Of a stretch of 64,000 nucleotides of DNA, positions 13,241-24,999 are shown piece by piece; position 1 is the stretch's first letter, and the number at the start of each line of letters is the position of its first letter. A model generated the notes under the pieces. That model worked only from the letters and a program-made list of their open reading frames with translations. It was not told where the DNA came from and made no database searches. The DNA is from Selaginella moellendorffii. Lineage: Eukaryota; Plantae; Lycopodiophyta. Made by a program: the position numbers and the translations under genes. Location: contig NW_003314376.1 in the NCBI RefSeq assembly GCF_000143415.4, forward strand, positions 124,001 through 188,000. The letters run 5' to 3'.

Positions 13241-13789
13241 TAAGTCAGCACAGTGCATGCCTTGTCACATGGAAGATTGTGTACAAACAATCTTCAAGGA
13301 GATGAAGTTGCAGAGCAAGAAGACAGCAGGGTCTTGCTCACGGACGGTGAAGATCACATACAAGGGTCCACTGGTGGAAGTCACCAGACTTGGAAGTTAT
13401 TGCGCAGCTGGCTCGGAACATGGACTGGAAAGTAGAGCAGGAACCTACCAAGTTCATCGATCCACCCGAGCTTTGAGAAAAGGTAATGTACTACTTTTGC
13501 TCTCTGTTCTTGCAGGTGCTCAAATCTCAACTTCGATGAGTATATGTAATACATTTTATGATCTGTATTACCCTGGGAGAATCAATGACTACGAAATCAA
13601 AATCCTAATAGAAAGAAGCAGAGCAGGGCATAGCGGGCAGATAGGTTTCTCCAGAGTCAAGAGCATCATAAGCCAGGAATCAAGCAAGTGCAAAATTGTG
13701 GAAGTATGGTCGAAGTCTACACTGCGGCTTGCAACACAGGTTGTTTGACAGGATGGGACGAAGAACAGGATAGGTTGGTCTGACAAAGA

Positions 13790-14070
13790 AACATGACGTT
13801 GGTTGCCTGGAACATGATCATCATGGGACATGCACGTCTTCTATCAGATGCAACGAGAAGCTGGCCTGCCTCCAAACGCTGAGACTTTGCATGGAGCAGC
13901 AAAACGTTGGTTCCTGGGATTTGCCAAGAACAACCTCTTGAGTGCTATGAGCAAGCCGCAGCCAAACGCTCAGACTTTCATGGTGGCGCTCAAGGCACGC
14001 GGCGACTTAGCAGAGAAGAGGTTCCACTCACAGATCTGGGAGAGAAATCTGGAGGGAATCCACTACTCAG
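13790..14070 (+). pseudogene. PPR (PLS-class) gene fragments
   Basis: Frameshifted motifs WN.IIMG, VFYQMQREAGLPPNAETL, PNAQTFMVALKARGDL. Confidence 0.65.
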
Positions 14071-15759
14071 CGTGGTCGCTCAATGAGAGAAAAGCTTTTC
14101 TTGGGAGGTCGGTAAACTTTGCAAGGAAAGAGTGTCATGCAAGGTTGATGGAGCCGTCAATTAAAGATGGTACCTGAAAAGACGCGAAAGGATCCTAGCT
14201 GGCACACCTTGGTGAAGAGATAAAAAATATGAGAGACAATACTTATCTCTGAATTAATTTGCTGTGAGTAATTTAGTTCTAAACTTATTTAAGAATAATA
14301 TTATAGTAGAATAAACAAAAATATACTAGAAAGTGTTTATAAGGAAGTTTATAAATTATAAATAAAAAGATTAATCTAAATTAACTACAACTATTAGATA
14401 TTAAAATATCCTAGAATCTCCAAGCATAGTTTAAGTATGTTCAATACCACCATAGGTTTGCTGAAGCAAACCACTTATGGATCTATAGTGTTTGGTCACT
14501 TTAAACCTATAGAAGCTTATTCACAAACTTATTTACATTATTATATAGAACTTTTTTCCCAAAACTTTTTTGTTTAAACCCATATTAAACTTGGGAGTTA
14601 AGTTTCTCCGAGATTTTGTTGTTGATTAGATGTTATGTTTTTCTTTCAACCATGCTCTGTACAAATATACAAACTTTATAATTATAATTCAAGTTCTTTA
14701 AATCTTTTTTAATTTCATATTAGTAGACGAGAAACAACAAACATATGAACATTACAAATACTTGGTCAAAGGAAGCAAACACAGCATACTCAAAAGCATT
14801 ATAGTTGAAAGTAAAAAATAGCGATCAAGCAGGAATACCATCATTATGAGTATATAATTCTCAAGTATGGAAGTGATATTATAAATGGGAAGCTTTACAA
14901 CATCATAATCAACCAATTCTCAAGTTGCAATTACATATAATTCTTTAAATGTTAAAATTCTGAAATCTTTCATCCTTTGCATAGGATGGATCCAAATGTT
15001 AAAGTTTGGATTCATCATAACGTCTGAACATGAGGTGAAAAAAATAGATATTGGTATTGTATTTGAAACTAAAATAAACTTTATCTATAAATTACACTGA
15101 AAACAATATAGGGCATTTCTTATAATTTCACTCAAAGAGAGAGTTAATTCTTCAATAGAAGAAAAACATGCAACCATCACGAAACTTAAATGTATTAACG
15201 ACCTTGTCTAGATCAGCTGAAAGAAGGCACAAAGAAACTTGCCAAGCATCAGCAAGACAAAAGCACACACTTTACTTTGGACAACTCTCTATCATGAAAT
15301 CAAAAAAGATTTAAAGAACTTGAATCATAGTTACAAAGTTGTACATTTGTAAAGGACAGAATGTAACATCTAATCTACTTGGAGAAGCTTGAGTCCCAAG
15401 TTTTCAAGTTAAGTTTAAGTGACCAAACACCATAGATATATAATTTCCTATATAAATAACCATTTCTGAAATATGATCCAGAGCATGATTGTCTCTGATA
15501 TTTTTATCTTTTGACCATGGTGTGCCCCCTAAGATCCCTTCGCCTGTTTTCATCTTTGTTTGGGTTTTGTTGATGGCTCCGTCAATCTTGCATTACACTC
15601 TTTCTCCATTTTCCTCACAAAGTTTACCAGCAAGCTCCTGAGATGAGCAACACCTCCTAATACCCTCTCCACAATAAGATTGTATGTCCATTCCCGTCCC
15701 TGAAATAACATGTCATTGATGAAAAAGTCAAAGAACAAGATACTTACCATGTGTAAGGA

Positions 15760-16301
15760 NNNNNNNNNNNNNNNNNNNNNNNNNNNNNNNNNNNNNNNNN
15801 NNNNNNNNNNNNNNNNNNNNNNNNNNNNNNNNNNNNNNNNNNNNNNNNNNNNNNNNNNNNNNNNNNNNNNNNNNNNNNNNNNNNNNNNNNNNNNNNNNNN
15901 NNNNNNNNNNNNNNNNNNNNNNNNNNNNNNNNNNNNNNNNNNNNNNNNNNNNNNNNNNNNNNNNNNNNNNNNNNNNNNNNNNNNNNNNNNNNNNNNNNNN
16001 NNNNNNNNNNNNNNNNNNNNNNNNNNNNNNNNNNNNNNNNNNNNNNNNNNNNNNNNNNNNNNNNNNNNNNNNNNNNNNNNNNNNNNNNNNNNNNNNNNNN
16101 NNNNNNNNNNNNNNNNNNNNNNNNNNNNNNNNNNNNNNNNNNNNNNNNNNNNNNNNNNNNNNNNNNNNNNNNNNNNNNNNNNNNNNNNNNNNNNNNNNNN
16201 NNNNNNNNNNNNNNNNNNNNNNNNNNNNNNNNNNNNNNNNNNNNNNNNNNNNNNNNNNNNNNNNNNNNNNNNNNNNNNNNNNNNNNNNNNNNNNNNNNNN
16301 N
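15760..16301. other. Assembly gap (542 N)
   Basis: N run inside the - arm. Confidence 0.99.
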
Positions 16302-17906
16302 GCATCCGATAGAAGAAGTGCATGTCCCATGATGATCGTGTTCCAGGCATGTTTCTTCGTCCTCCCGAACACTTCTGACGCTTCCACATGTCCACGAGGC
16401 TGCTTGCGACAAATGCATCAGCTTCGTATTCACAATTTGTGAGGCGAGAGTGTTGCTTTCCAGGTAGACCAACCTATCCTGTTCATCGTCCCATCCTGTC
16501 GAACAACCTGTGTTGCAAGCCGCAGTGTAGACTTCGACCATACTTTCACAATTGCACGTCCCTGAAATAACATGTCATTGATGAAAAAGTCAAAGAACAA
16601 GATACTTACCATGTGTGAGGAGATAAGCTCCAGAGCCTTCACAGCTTTTCATGAAACTACCAAGCTTCAGTTTCGCCTACGTTACGTTACATTTTCTCAA
16701 ACCTTTCGTCTCGAGCAACCTCTCTGGCCTTTGGAGGTGCACCAACGTCTGCTCCCTTGTCACCTCTAGAGGATAGCTTGTAAATCCTTCATCAAATCGA
16801 AACTTGGTAGGTTCTTGCTCTACCTTCCAATCCATGTTCCGAGCCAGTTGTGTCATAACTTCCAAGTCTAGCGACTTCCACCAGTCAACCCTTGTATGTG
16901 ATCTCTGGGTGAGATCACCGTCAGTGAGCAAGAGCCTACTGTCTTCTTGCACTGCAACTTCATCTCCTTGAAGATTGATTCTACACAATCTTCCCTGTGA
17001 CAACACATGCACTGTGCTGACTTACGTGTCACTGCCAGTGTTGGCAGGACACTTTGTGGAGAATTCCAGTGTACCATTGCTGTGGGAACTACGAGTGTGA
17101 GCATCCAGCTGTTTCTTCTCAGTTGGTGAATCGTCCACCACAACTTCCAGATGATCCGTCACTTCGATCTGCCACCCGGGCTCCTGAAAGATCGCATTCC
17201 TGCGCTGCTTCCTTTGAGATAACATGCATCGCTCAATCACCAAATGCTCTCCACAGTATAGGTATGATATTTCATAAAGAGAAATGGATATCTTTCCAAT
17301 CCTAATGTCCTACTTGCAGTGACACGCCACTTTGCATACTTTGAATAACGAAACTCTTTTTTTTTCTCGTTTTTCAACTTAGCATTCATTGAATGTGATC
17401 ATGGAGACACAAGCCATCAGCGTGCACAAACTACTTCCTCTACAGAAAACTGGGGAAAAGAAACACGAGATAAATATCTATCCATTGCTGTTTTGATAGT
17501 CTCACGGTGCCCAACCGAAAGCATGAGACTGATAGATGCAAAAATGCAAGTTGGATTATCTTTGTCAGGTAGATGGCATCATTGTTGTCTTCACGCTCCT
17601 GCCTACCAGTCTTCTTTTTCTCGGCCGGTGCAGGTCTCTTATTATGGCTGCCTCTATTGCAGACACAACATATCAAAGTAGTTTGCATAATGTTAGAGGC
17701 AAAAGCAAAAGAATTAACCCATCTGGGTACTGGAGTAAAAGCCAGTTTGTCACAGATGGTAGAGCAGCAATCCAGTGACCCAACAGTGGAGGGAACTGGC
17801 ACCATCCGGTTTTACTTCTTCATCGTGGATCCCTAGCTCCTCAAGTGGTCAACCATAGTCAACACTAGTAAAATCGGTCAAAATGCTTGGAATGATTGAA
17901 AATAGT

Positions 17907-17979
17907 TGGAGATGCCAGGTATTGATCCCGGTGCCTCTCGCATGCTAAGCGAGCGCTCTACCATCTGAACTACATCCCC
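17907..17979 (-). tRNA. trnA-AGC: tRNA-Ala(AGC), three transitions relative to the 43602 copy; function uncertain
   Basis: GGGGATGTAGTTCAGATGGTAGAGCGCTCGCTTAGCATGCGAGAGGCACCGGGATCAATACCTGGCATCTCCA. Changes give two G-U pairs and A57; TTTT downstream. Confidence 0.8.
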
Positions 17980-18464
17980 TTAGCATAGAAACAAAAATGC
18001 AAAGCTTTTCTCTTCACCATTCTAGTACTCATCCTTGGAGATTCTAGTGTCTTTTTTGTCACATTTCAAGAGTTTTTTTATTGATTCTAGAGCTCTAGCT
18101 ATGGAGGAAAGTACTCCAGTTCTGCTGTGTAGTGTTAGTTATCCAAAACCAAAAGATATACCATGTATTTGGTTAGTTGGGTAAAATTGATGTATTTGGA
18201 GTTTTAAACTTTAGATGAAACAAGATTTAAATTTGAAAAGAACATTTTACAACAATAACAATAAGGTAAACATTAGCAGTTTCTCAAGAAATTCTAAAAA
18301 TGAGAAAAAATAAATATGTGAAAATTACAAATGCATAATCAAATGAAGCAAAGGCAACATACTTAAGGGCATTATAGTTAAAGGCAAAAGTTAAAATTCT
18401 TAACATTAAACAAGAATACCATCATTTGTAACGCATGTGATCATGGGATGAGATTTGGATATAC

Positions 18465-18698
18465 TGTCACCGTGGATCCTTGGAACCTTGGGGGATAAAT
18501 GGGGATAAAATAGCCACTAAGGGCTCTCTCATCAAGCAATTGCCCCTTTTCCAGTTGGCTTAAGGGGAGAGAGATGTCACCGTGGATCCTTGGAACCTTG
18601 GGGGATAAATGGGGATAAAATAACCACTAAAGGCTCTCTCATCAAGCAATTGCCCCTTTTCCAGTTGGCTTAAGGGGAGAGAGATAAGGTGTGCTACA
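18465..18698 (+). repeat. Tandem pair of 110-bp short LTR-like units
   Basis: TGTCACCGTGGATCC at 18465 and 18575; the second ends GTGCTACA. Confidence 0.8.
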
Positions 18699-21600
18699 GA
18701 TAAGGTGCGCTATGTAGTGCACGTGGTGTTATCCTATGGTAAATTACCATAGGATAAAGGGTCAAAACCACGTGCGCTACATTTGGTATCAGAGCATGAG
18801 TCTCAGCGAGTACTATTCAATGAGATTGGGCAACTAGTCTCGTTGCATACGCAGAGATGAAAACGATGATCCGAGTGGGTACACGTTTTGGTGCAAAGAC
18901 TTCGCAATCGTTCCTTGGGTATGGATTTGGTTACCTTCTTGTACCGTAATTATGTGAGCTTGCTCTTGGGCTCATAAGATGGATTTGAGTTATTCCAGTA
19001 GCATGAGTTTGCGCTTGGGCTCGTGAGTGAGGCACATTAGCAACTCAAGGTTGTACTTTGAGTTGGCAGGATTAATGTTAGCCTATTGGTGGTTCCATGA
19101 GTTATTCCTTGTACCATGGGTGAAAGCAAACCTACCTGGGTTTGCTATGAGTGGCAAATAGGCTGGTCCGTAGCTGTTTAGCACGGCACTAGTGGATCCT
19201 TCCTAGGCATGATTATAATTGGATCAATCAAGATTATAGGGAATAGTCTATTGGTTCAAGTAATCATTGCCGTGCTCTCTCATAAACTTTTCTTCGATTG
19301 AACTGAAGGCAGTGCGAAAGCAAGCTTGAGGTTTGGTCAAAGATGAGACCGAAAAGAGAGTCATCGAGGACGGAGGATCAAATACGTAAATCATCTTCTC
19401 TTCTTGGAGAGATGATTTGCAACGAGGTGTTAACTCATTGCTTGTGTTCACATCATGCAATCAAGAGTCCTTATCTTGATGCATGTTGGAGATGGTGGTT
19501 TTACAATGGTGAGTTGTGGGATGGATAGCGGTGAAGTGCTAAACCATTTTATCTAAGCTTGCTAGAATTCTCCCTTTTTATAGGGATATAACCTTTTTTT
19601 ATAAGATGGGACCAAATCTGACGTGCCGTCGATTTTTCAAAACTATTTATGTTTCAAATGGCGACTCCAACGATCTAACAGATGAAATAGTGGCATTGGC
19701 TCGACACATGAAGAGTCAACATTACTCATAGCGCTACTCATGAATTCATTGATAAGCATTCGTACTTCTCTTTATCGCAATTTTATTTCTCATTCAGATA
19801 GGCTACAATCTAGCGGGAATGGACTCTTAGAAGTCTCAACTTTGCGCTTTAGATCCCCTTTACCCGGCATGCTGAACGGGAGGAAAAGGAAACTTTAAGT
19901 ACTCAACGTTTCAGCCGCGCCAAATGATGGTAGTATTTTAAAGATTTTTGGTTATCTTCAGATTCATCACAACAAGTTTGGTCAGATCTCTCTCAGGATA
20001 AAGCGTCGTGCAGTACATCTAGAAGCTTAGACAGTTTATCTCTTGACTTTAATAGCTTTTAAGATCTTATTCTGACATCAACGATGCTGCAGCGATTCTA
20101 AGAATGCTTGTGCAGTCTTCAATAGGTGCGAAGAAGCTCGTAAGCTGCTTGCTCTTAGCCAGATAAGACAGTGTAAGACTTCATTTCAGTCTGCCGTCAT
20201 TTTGCATGGTATGTTTCTTATGGAGTTGTTTTACAGGGACAGGAGCAAGAGGGCTTGATGAGAGCTTCTTTTCTCCACAACCACATAAGCATTTTGCCAT
20301 GGATCTTCATAAGTTTTGAAATCCGTGTGGATCTGTAGCCACTGGTGCATGAATACGATCTACTTAAAAGCTCACAACTGACAAATTTGCACCATCTCCT
20401 TCAGCTGTGAAAGGCTTCTCGCGAGAAGTGAAGAATGGGTCTTCATAATGAAATGGATTAGAAGGTGCATTTTTCTTTTTGTCATCCTCACTTCTCTAAC
20501 ATCTTATCAGGGAGCATAGATCACTCTTGACCTCATGAGCTAAAGAGTTGACCTCATGAGTTAAGTTCAATTTTTAATTGTAATTTAGTATAAATATTAT
20601 AAACTTTAAAATATTAAGGTTAGAGCAAACCTAATAATTTCACAACTCTATTGTTCTAAAGGACATTTCTAATTTAAATATTTATTACATGCTATAATAA
20701 GAACATAAACTAAAATTTTTGCAAAAAAACTATCCTTGTCACTTCTTTAAATTTGTACTCTATGCTTTTTGGCTAGTAAATGTCAAGTTTATCAGAATTT
20801 AAAAATTATTAAATTTGAAATAAGATTTTATATAAGGCCATATAACCATTTGAAAGGGAAAAAAAAAGCTATTGATATAAGCTTGTTGCATATAAAAGAG
20901 AGACTTGGTTTTTCTCTAAAATATATTCTTGAGGGGTTTATCATAATATAATGTCTAGAATTTATAGATCTTTATTCGCACTTTTATTCAAAAAGAAGGA
21001 AATACACACAAACGTTTGTGAGTTCTAATGTTGGTAATTTTAACTTTTATAATCTTTATTTCCAAAGTAGTAATTCAAGAGCTAGAAGCTACAATAATTG
21101 TTCTATTGCACAGCATAACCAAACTATATAAAAGAAAGTAAGAGAGGATAATGAAGATAATGATGAAAAGTTGGAGATAAATGTAATGATGGAAGGTGCA
21201 ACAAATTGGGTGAAAAAGAATTCTCTTTTATTTATTTTAGAAAATTGCAATTCTATGACTTTTAACAAATGCTTTATAAATTTTCTAGATTTTTGTGGAA
21301 ATAATGGCGATGATCAGTATGATGGTATATATGCTTTTGCGACACACTATAACATCACGTACCTAAAAAACTACCATAAAATATTTTTTGAGGTGGTAAA
21401 GACAGACATGGAAACATTTGAATACTATGAGCAGTATTGTGAAAAGAGCACTTGCAAGTATATAAAATGAAAAGTGAAATGAAAAAATGTTTTTTTATTA
21501 ATTTTATAAAGTATAATAAGTTTATATTATTGATAGAGAATAAAAATTATTAATGGTCTTAAAAAATCTAGTTAATTCCAAAAGTCTTTTGCAATTTAGT

Positions 21601-22634
21601 AATAGTAAAGTTTGCTTGATGTATATGAATATCCATTTTAAAATTCTAATGCAAGATATTGTTTAAGATGTAGTATATATGTTTGTAAAGAGTATATGCC
21701 TTTTCATGCTTTTTGTGTTTCATAAGGTCTAGATATATGTAAAAAAGAAGGTCTTGAATGACAATTATATATTCTCCATCTTTTGTTTTAATTATGTACT
21801 CCTTTACAAGCATAGTGATATACTTTGTGGAGAGAATCACACACTCAAGCATTTGAGCTAAACTTATTTACCCTACTTTTGCTTACAGATGGTATCAATA
21901 AATTTAATTGGGATCAAATCATAATAGCTGTGTGTCTTTAATTATTTTTTGATTTTCTTGTACATCCACATATGCACACTTTCCAAACCCACTCTTAAGC
22001 ATTTAAGATAGTGCTCAAGAAAATTTACCAAACCCATGCAACCATCTGTCTTGTTCAAATAAAAGTAGCATATAAGATACCAAAGATAATACATATTTAC
22101 ATCAGGCACTCGTACCATATCTAGAGCAAAATCTTGAAGAAAATATTAATATCACTTTTGGAGCATTGAAGGCAATCCAACTCTTTTAAAAACATCATAA
22201 AAAGGAAACTCATGTTCAATTGCACTTGAGGTCACAAATGAAAAAGTTTCACAACACCTCTCAAAATGAAAAAGATGATTGTTGTGTAGAGGTGAAGATG
22301 GAATTTTTGTTGAGTTTGGAAATGGTGGAGATTCATATAGGAAGCTTTTGGGACCAAAAGTAAACTTCTTTCAAACCATTAAAACACATAAGAAGAAATA
22401 AACTCTCCAACAATAAAAATTCTTTGATTAATATATTACATTTCAATCTCGGGAATGACGTTTTATTATGATATGGCAATATATTGAATCATAATTGTCA
22501 ATCTCGGTAATTACAACTTACTATTAGACACAACTAGCTATAAGGTTTCAAAAGCTAAAAACTAGTACATAATTAATACGTAGCCTTATTTTATATAGCT
22601 AGCTTGCCATATATAATAATGGCAAACACACACA

Positions 22635-22982
22635 TGTTAGGCATCAGGTCAGGATAATAGGATAAAGAAAAGGGCCTTGCAATCAAATAATCACCCCTTT
22701 AGCCAGTTGGCTTAGGGTGTAAGGGATAAGATCCTAACATTGGTATCGGAAACCAGTTCGATTCTCGTGGCTGACGAGTGGGGTAAGAATATTCCTAAGG
22801 AATATTCAACATGGTGGATCTAGAGGGAGAACCAAGGTTTGGTAGACCCTAAGAGAAGGACCATGGTGACTGGAGGGTGGCCTAAGTATGATTGCGGACG
22901 ATTATTCCCTGACGAGGGGAGGATTGTTAGGCACCAGGTTAGGATAATAGAATAAAGAAAGGGCCTTGCAATCAAGTGATCA
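22635..22982 (+). mobile_element. TRIM (105-bp LTR, ~185-bp internal region, truncated second LTR)
   Basis: LTR TGTTAGG...CCTAACA at 22635-22739; PBS TGGTATCGGA at 22741; PPT gacgaggggaggat; second LTR from 22925. Confidence 0.8.
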
Positions 22983-24985
22983 AGTTGACGCTCGGGGACT
23001 ATATTGAGAAGCGTACTCGCTTGATTAATTGTGTTCCAACAAAGGATCCAGATCAAAACAAGTCCTACAAAGAGTTTGGAGGAGCTTGATTAATTGTGTT
23101 CCAACAAAGGATCCAGATCAAAACAAGTCCTACAAAGAGTTTGGAGGAGCTCTTTGATGTGGCTCAAGCGTACTCGCTTGATTAATTGTGTTCCAACAAA
23201 GGATCCAGATCAAAACAAGTCCTACAAAGAGTTTGGAGGAGCTCTTTGATGTGGCTCAAGCGTACTCGCTTGATTAATTGTGTTCCAACAAAGGATCCAG
23301 ATCAAAACAAGTCCTACAAAGAGTTTAGAGGAGCTCTTTGATGCGGCTCATTGACTTGAAAATAACAAGCACAAGTCTCGCAATCAAGTGATCACCCCTT
23401 TAGCCAGTTGACGCTCGAGGACTATATTGAGAAACATACTCGCTTGATTAGTTGTGTTCTAACAAAGGATCCAGATCAAAACAAGTTCTACAGAGAGTTT
23501 GGAGGAGCTCTTTGATGCGGCTCATTGACTTGAAAATGACAAGCACAAATCTCGCAATCAAGTGATCACCCCTTTAGCCAGTTGACGCTCGGGGACTATA
23601 TTGAGAAACGTACTCGCTTGATTAGTCGTGTTCTAACAAAGGATCCAGATCAGAACTAGTCCTACAAAGAGTTTGGAGGAGCTCTTTGATGTGGCTCATC
23701 GACTTGACAATGACAAGCACAAGTCTTGCAAGTGTTCACAAAGTCCTTCTATCGAGAATTGTTGTGATTATCATCGTGAACACAAGGATGGGAACAAGCA
23801 TCACAAGTTGAAGTCGGTGGTGACTACTTCGGATGCAAAGGGGTCCAAGAAGCAGAAGTTCTTTAAGAAGAATTATAGACAGGGTTGTCATCATTGTGGC
23901 AAACTTGGACACAAGAAGGCTGATTTTCCACAGTTGAAGAACAAGCAATAGGACAAAAAGAATGGCCAATCTTCTACTCACGGTAAGTCAGATACTAAAA
24001 AGTTGCAAACTTTGCAACGTGAGGATGACGAGAATAACCATTCCGGTTGGAGGAAGCGACTTTCGATCATTGCTCGTTAGCTCAACTATGTGTGGAACAC
24101 GATGGCGCTCAAGGATACTCGTGAATTAGCTTTAATGCTAGAGGGCGTGTTCCGTAGCAATCCAGTGCGGATTTTATTGGATAGTGGGAGTGATGGCAAC
24201 TTTGTTTTGGCAATGTTTGTTGCGGAGCATGGCCTGGTCACACGAGGAGTTCTTCCATACATGGTGGAAGGTACCTCTGCTCAGCTACCTCTGCTCAGCA
24301 TTTCGATGCTTGTGTCGAGGGGCTGAAAGTGTCGGTTGGCAACACCACACTTGTGGAGACTTTTTATCTCACAAATATCCATCATGTGGATCTTATTCTT
24401 GGGATGCCATGGTTGGTGAAGGTGGATCCAGAGATAAAGTGGAGTATTAAGCATGTCTTGTTGGAGTATGGTGGCGTTAAAGATGTGTGGTTTGGCGAGG
24501 ACATTCAACCATCAGTTGTTATACTCTTTACTACATCTTTAAAGCGGGCTTGTCGTAATAGAAAAGTAGTTTCGAGTTACTTGCTTTTTGTTCGTGACTT
24601 GGGGGACTAAGGCACGTGTGGGGGAGAAGCAATAGTACGGGATGTACTTGATGAGTTTTCTGATGTTTTTCCATCTGAACTTCCTCATGGGTTGCCTCCG
24701 TTACAAGGTGTGGAGCATGGGATTACATTGGAGCTAGGGATGCAGCCAATTTATCGGCGTCTATTTCAATTAAGTTATGTGGAGGAGCATAAGGTGCATT
24801 TGTGCAAGGTTCTTTTATTACTCCAAGACAACAAACTTTATGCGAAGAAGAGCAAATGTGAGTTTGCAAAGTCGGAGGTGGAATATCTAGGCCATATTGT
24901 GACATCTAAGGGTGTCAAGATAGATGCAAGGAAGGTGGTTGTGGTGGAAAACTAGCCTACACTAACTACAATGGCCGAGTTGTGC
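22983..24985 (+). mobile_element. Degenerate Ty3/gypsy gag-protease-RT fragment (second family)
   Basis: Zinc-knuckle relic CHHCGKLGHKKADF; protease LLDSGSDGNFV; DLILGMPWL; RT C-terminal KLYAKKSKCEF..VEYLGHIV with the RT core deleted near 24785. Confidence 0.88.
23009..23700 (+). repeat. Six-copy tandem amplification of a gag segment (periods 66, 92, 92, ~174, ~174 bp)
   Basis: Core aaaggatccagatca at about 23041, 23107, 23199, 23291, 23464 and 23638. Confidence 0.9.
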
Positions 24986-24999
24986 TTCTATAGTCATGG

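Larger units (their letters stand above)
7210..18112 (+). repeat. Segmental repeat unit, copy 1 (matches 44111-54970; 8977-18112 also matches 35040-43797 apart from a ~470-bp deletion near 36900)
   Basis: Long colinear near-identity; the ORF track repeats the same peptides in all copies. Confidence 0.93.
11285..18112. repeat. Large diverged inverted repeat 1 (arms ~11285-14718 and ~15293-18112)
   Basis: The same peptides (QDPGWQIEV, KCPANTGSD) and tRNA sequences occur on opposite strands; inner AT-rich 14480-14718 is complementary to 15293-15435. Confidence 0.88.

Noticed and set aside
15550-16541. ORFs of 200-281 aa (also 688-1097)
   Set aside because: They run through N gaps.
20769-21852. 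Short ORFs in AT-rich DNA (also 40422-40721)
   Set aside because: No recognisable motif; consistent with chance or heavily decayed TE sequence.
23009-23700. Possible CRISPR array
   Set aside because: No unique spacers; units are gag/LTR sequence; eukaryotic context; no cas genes.
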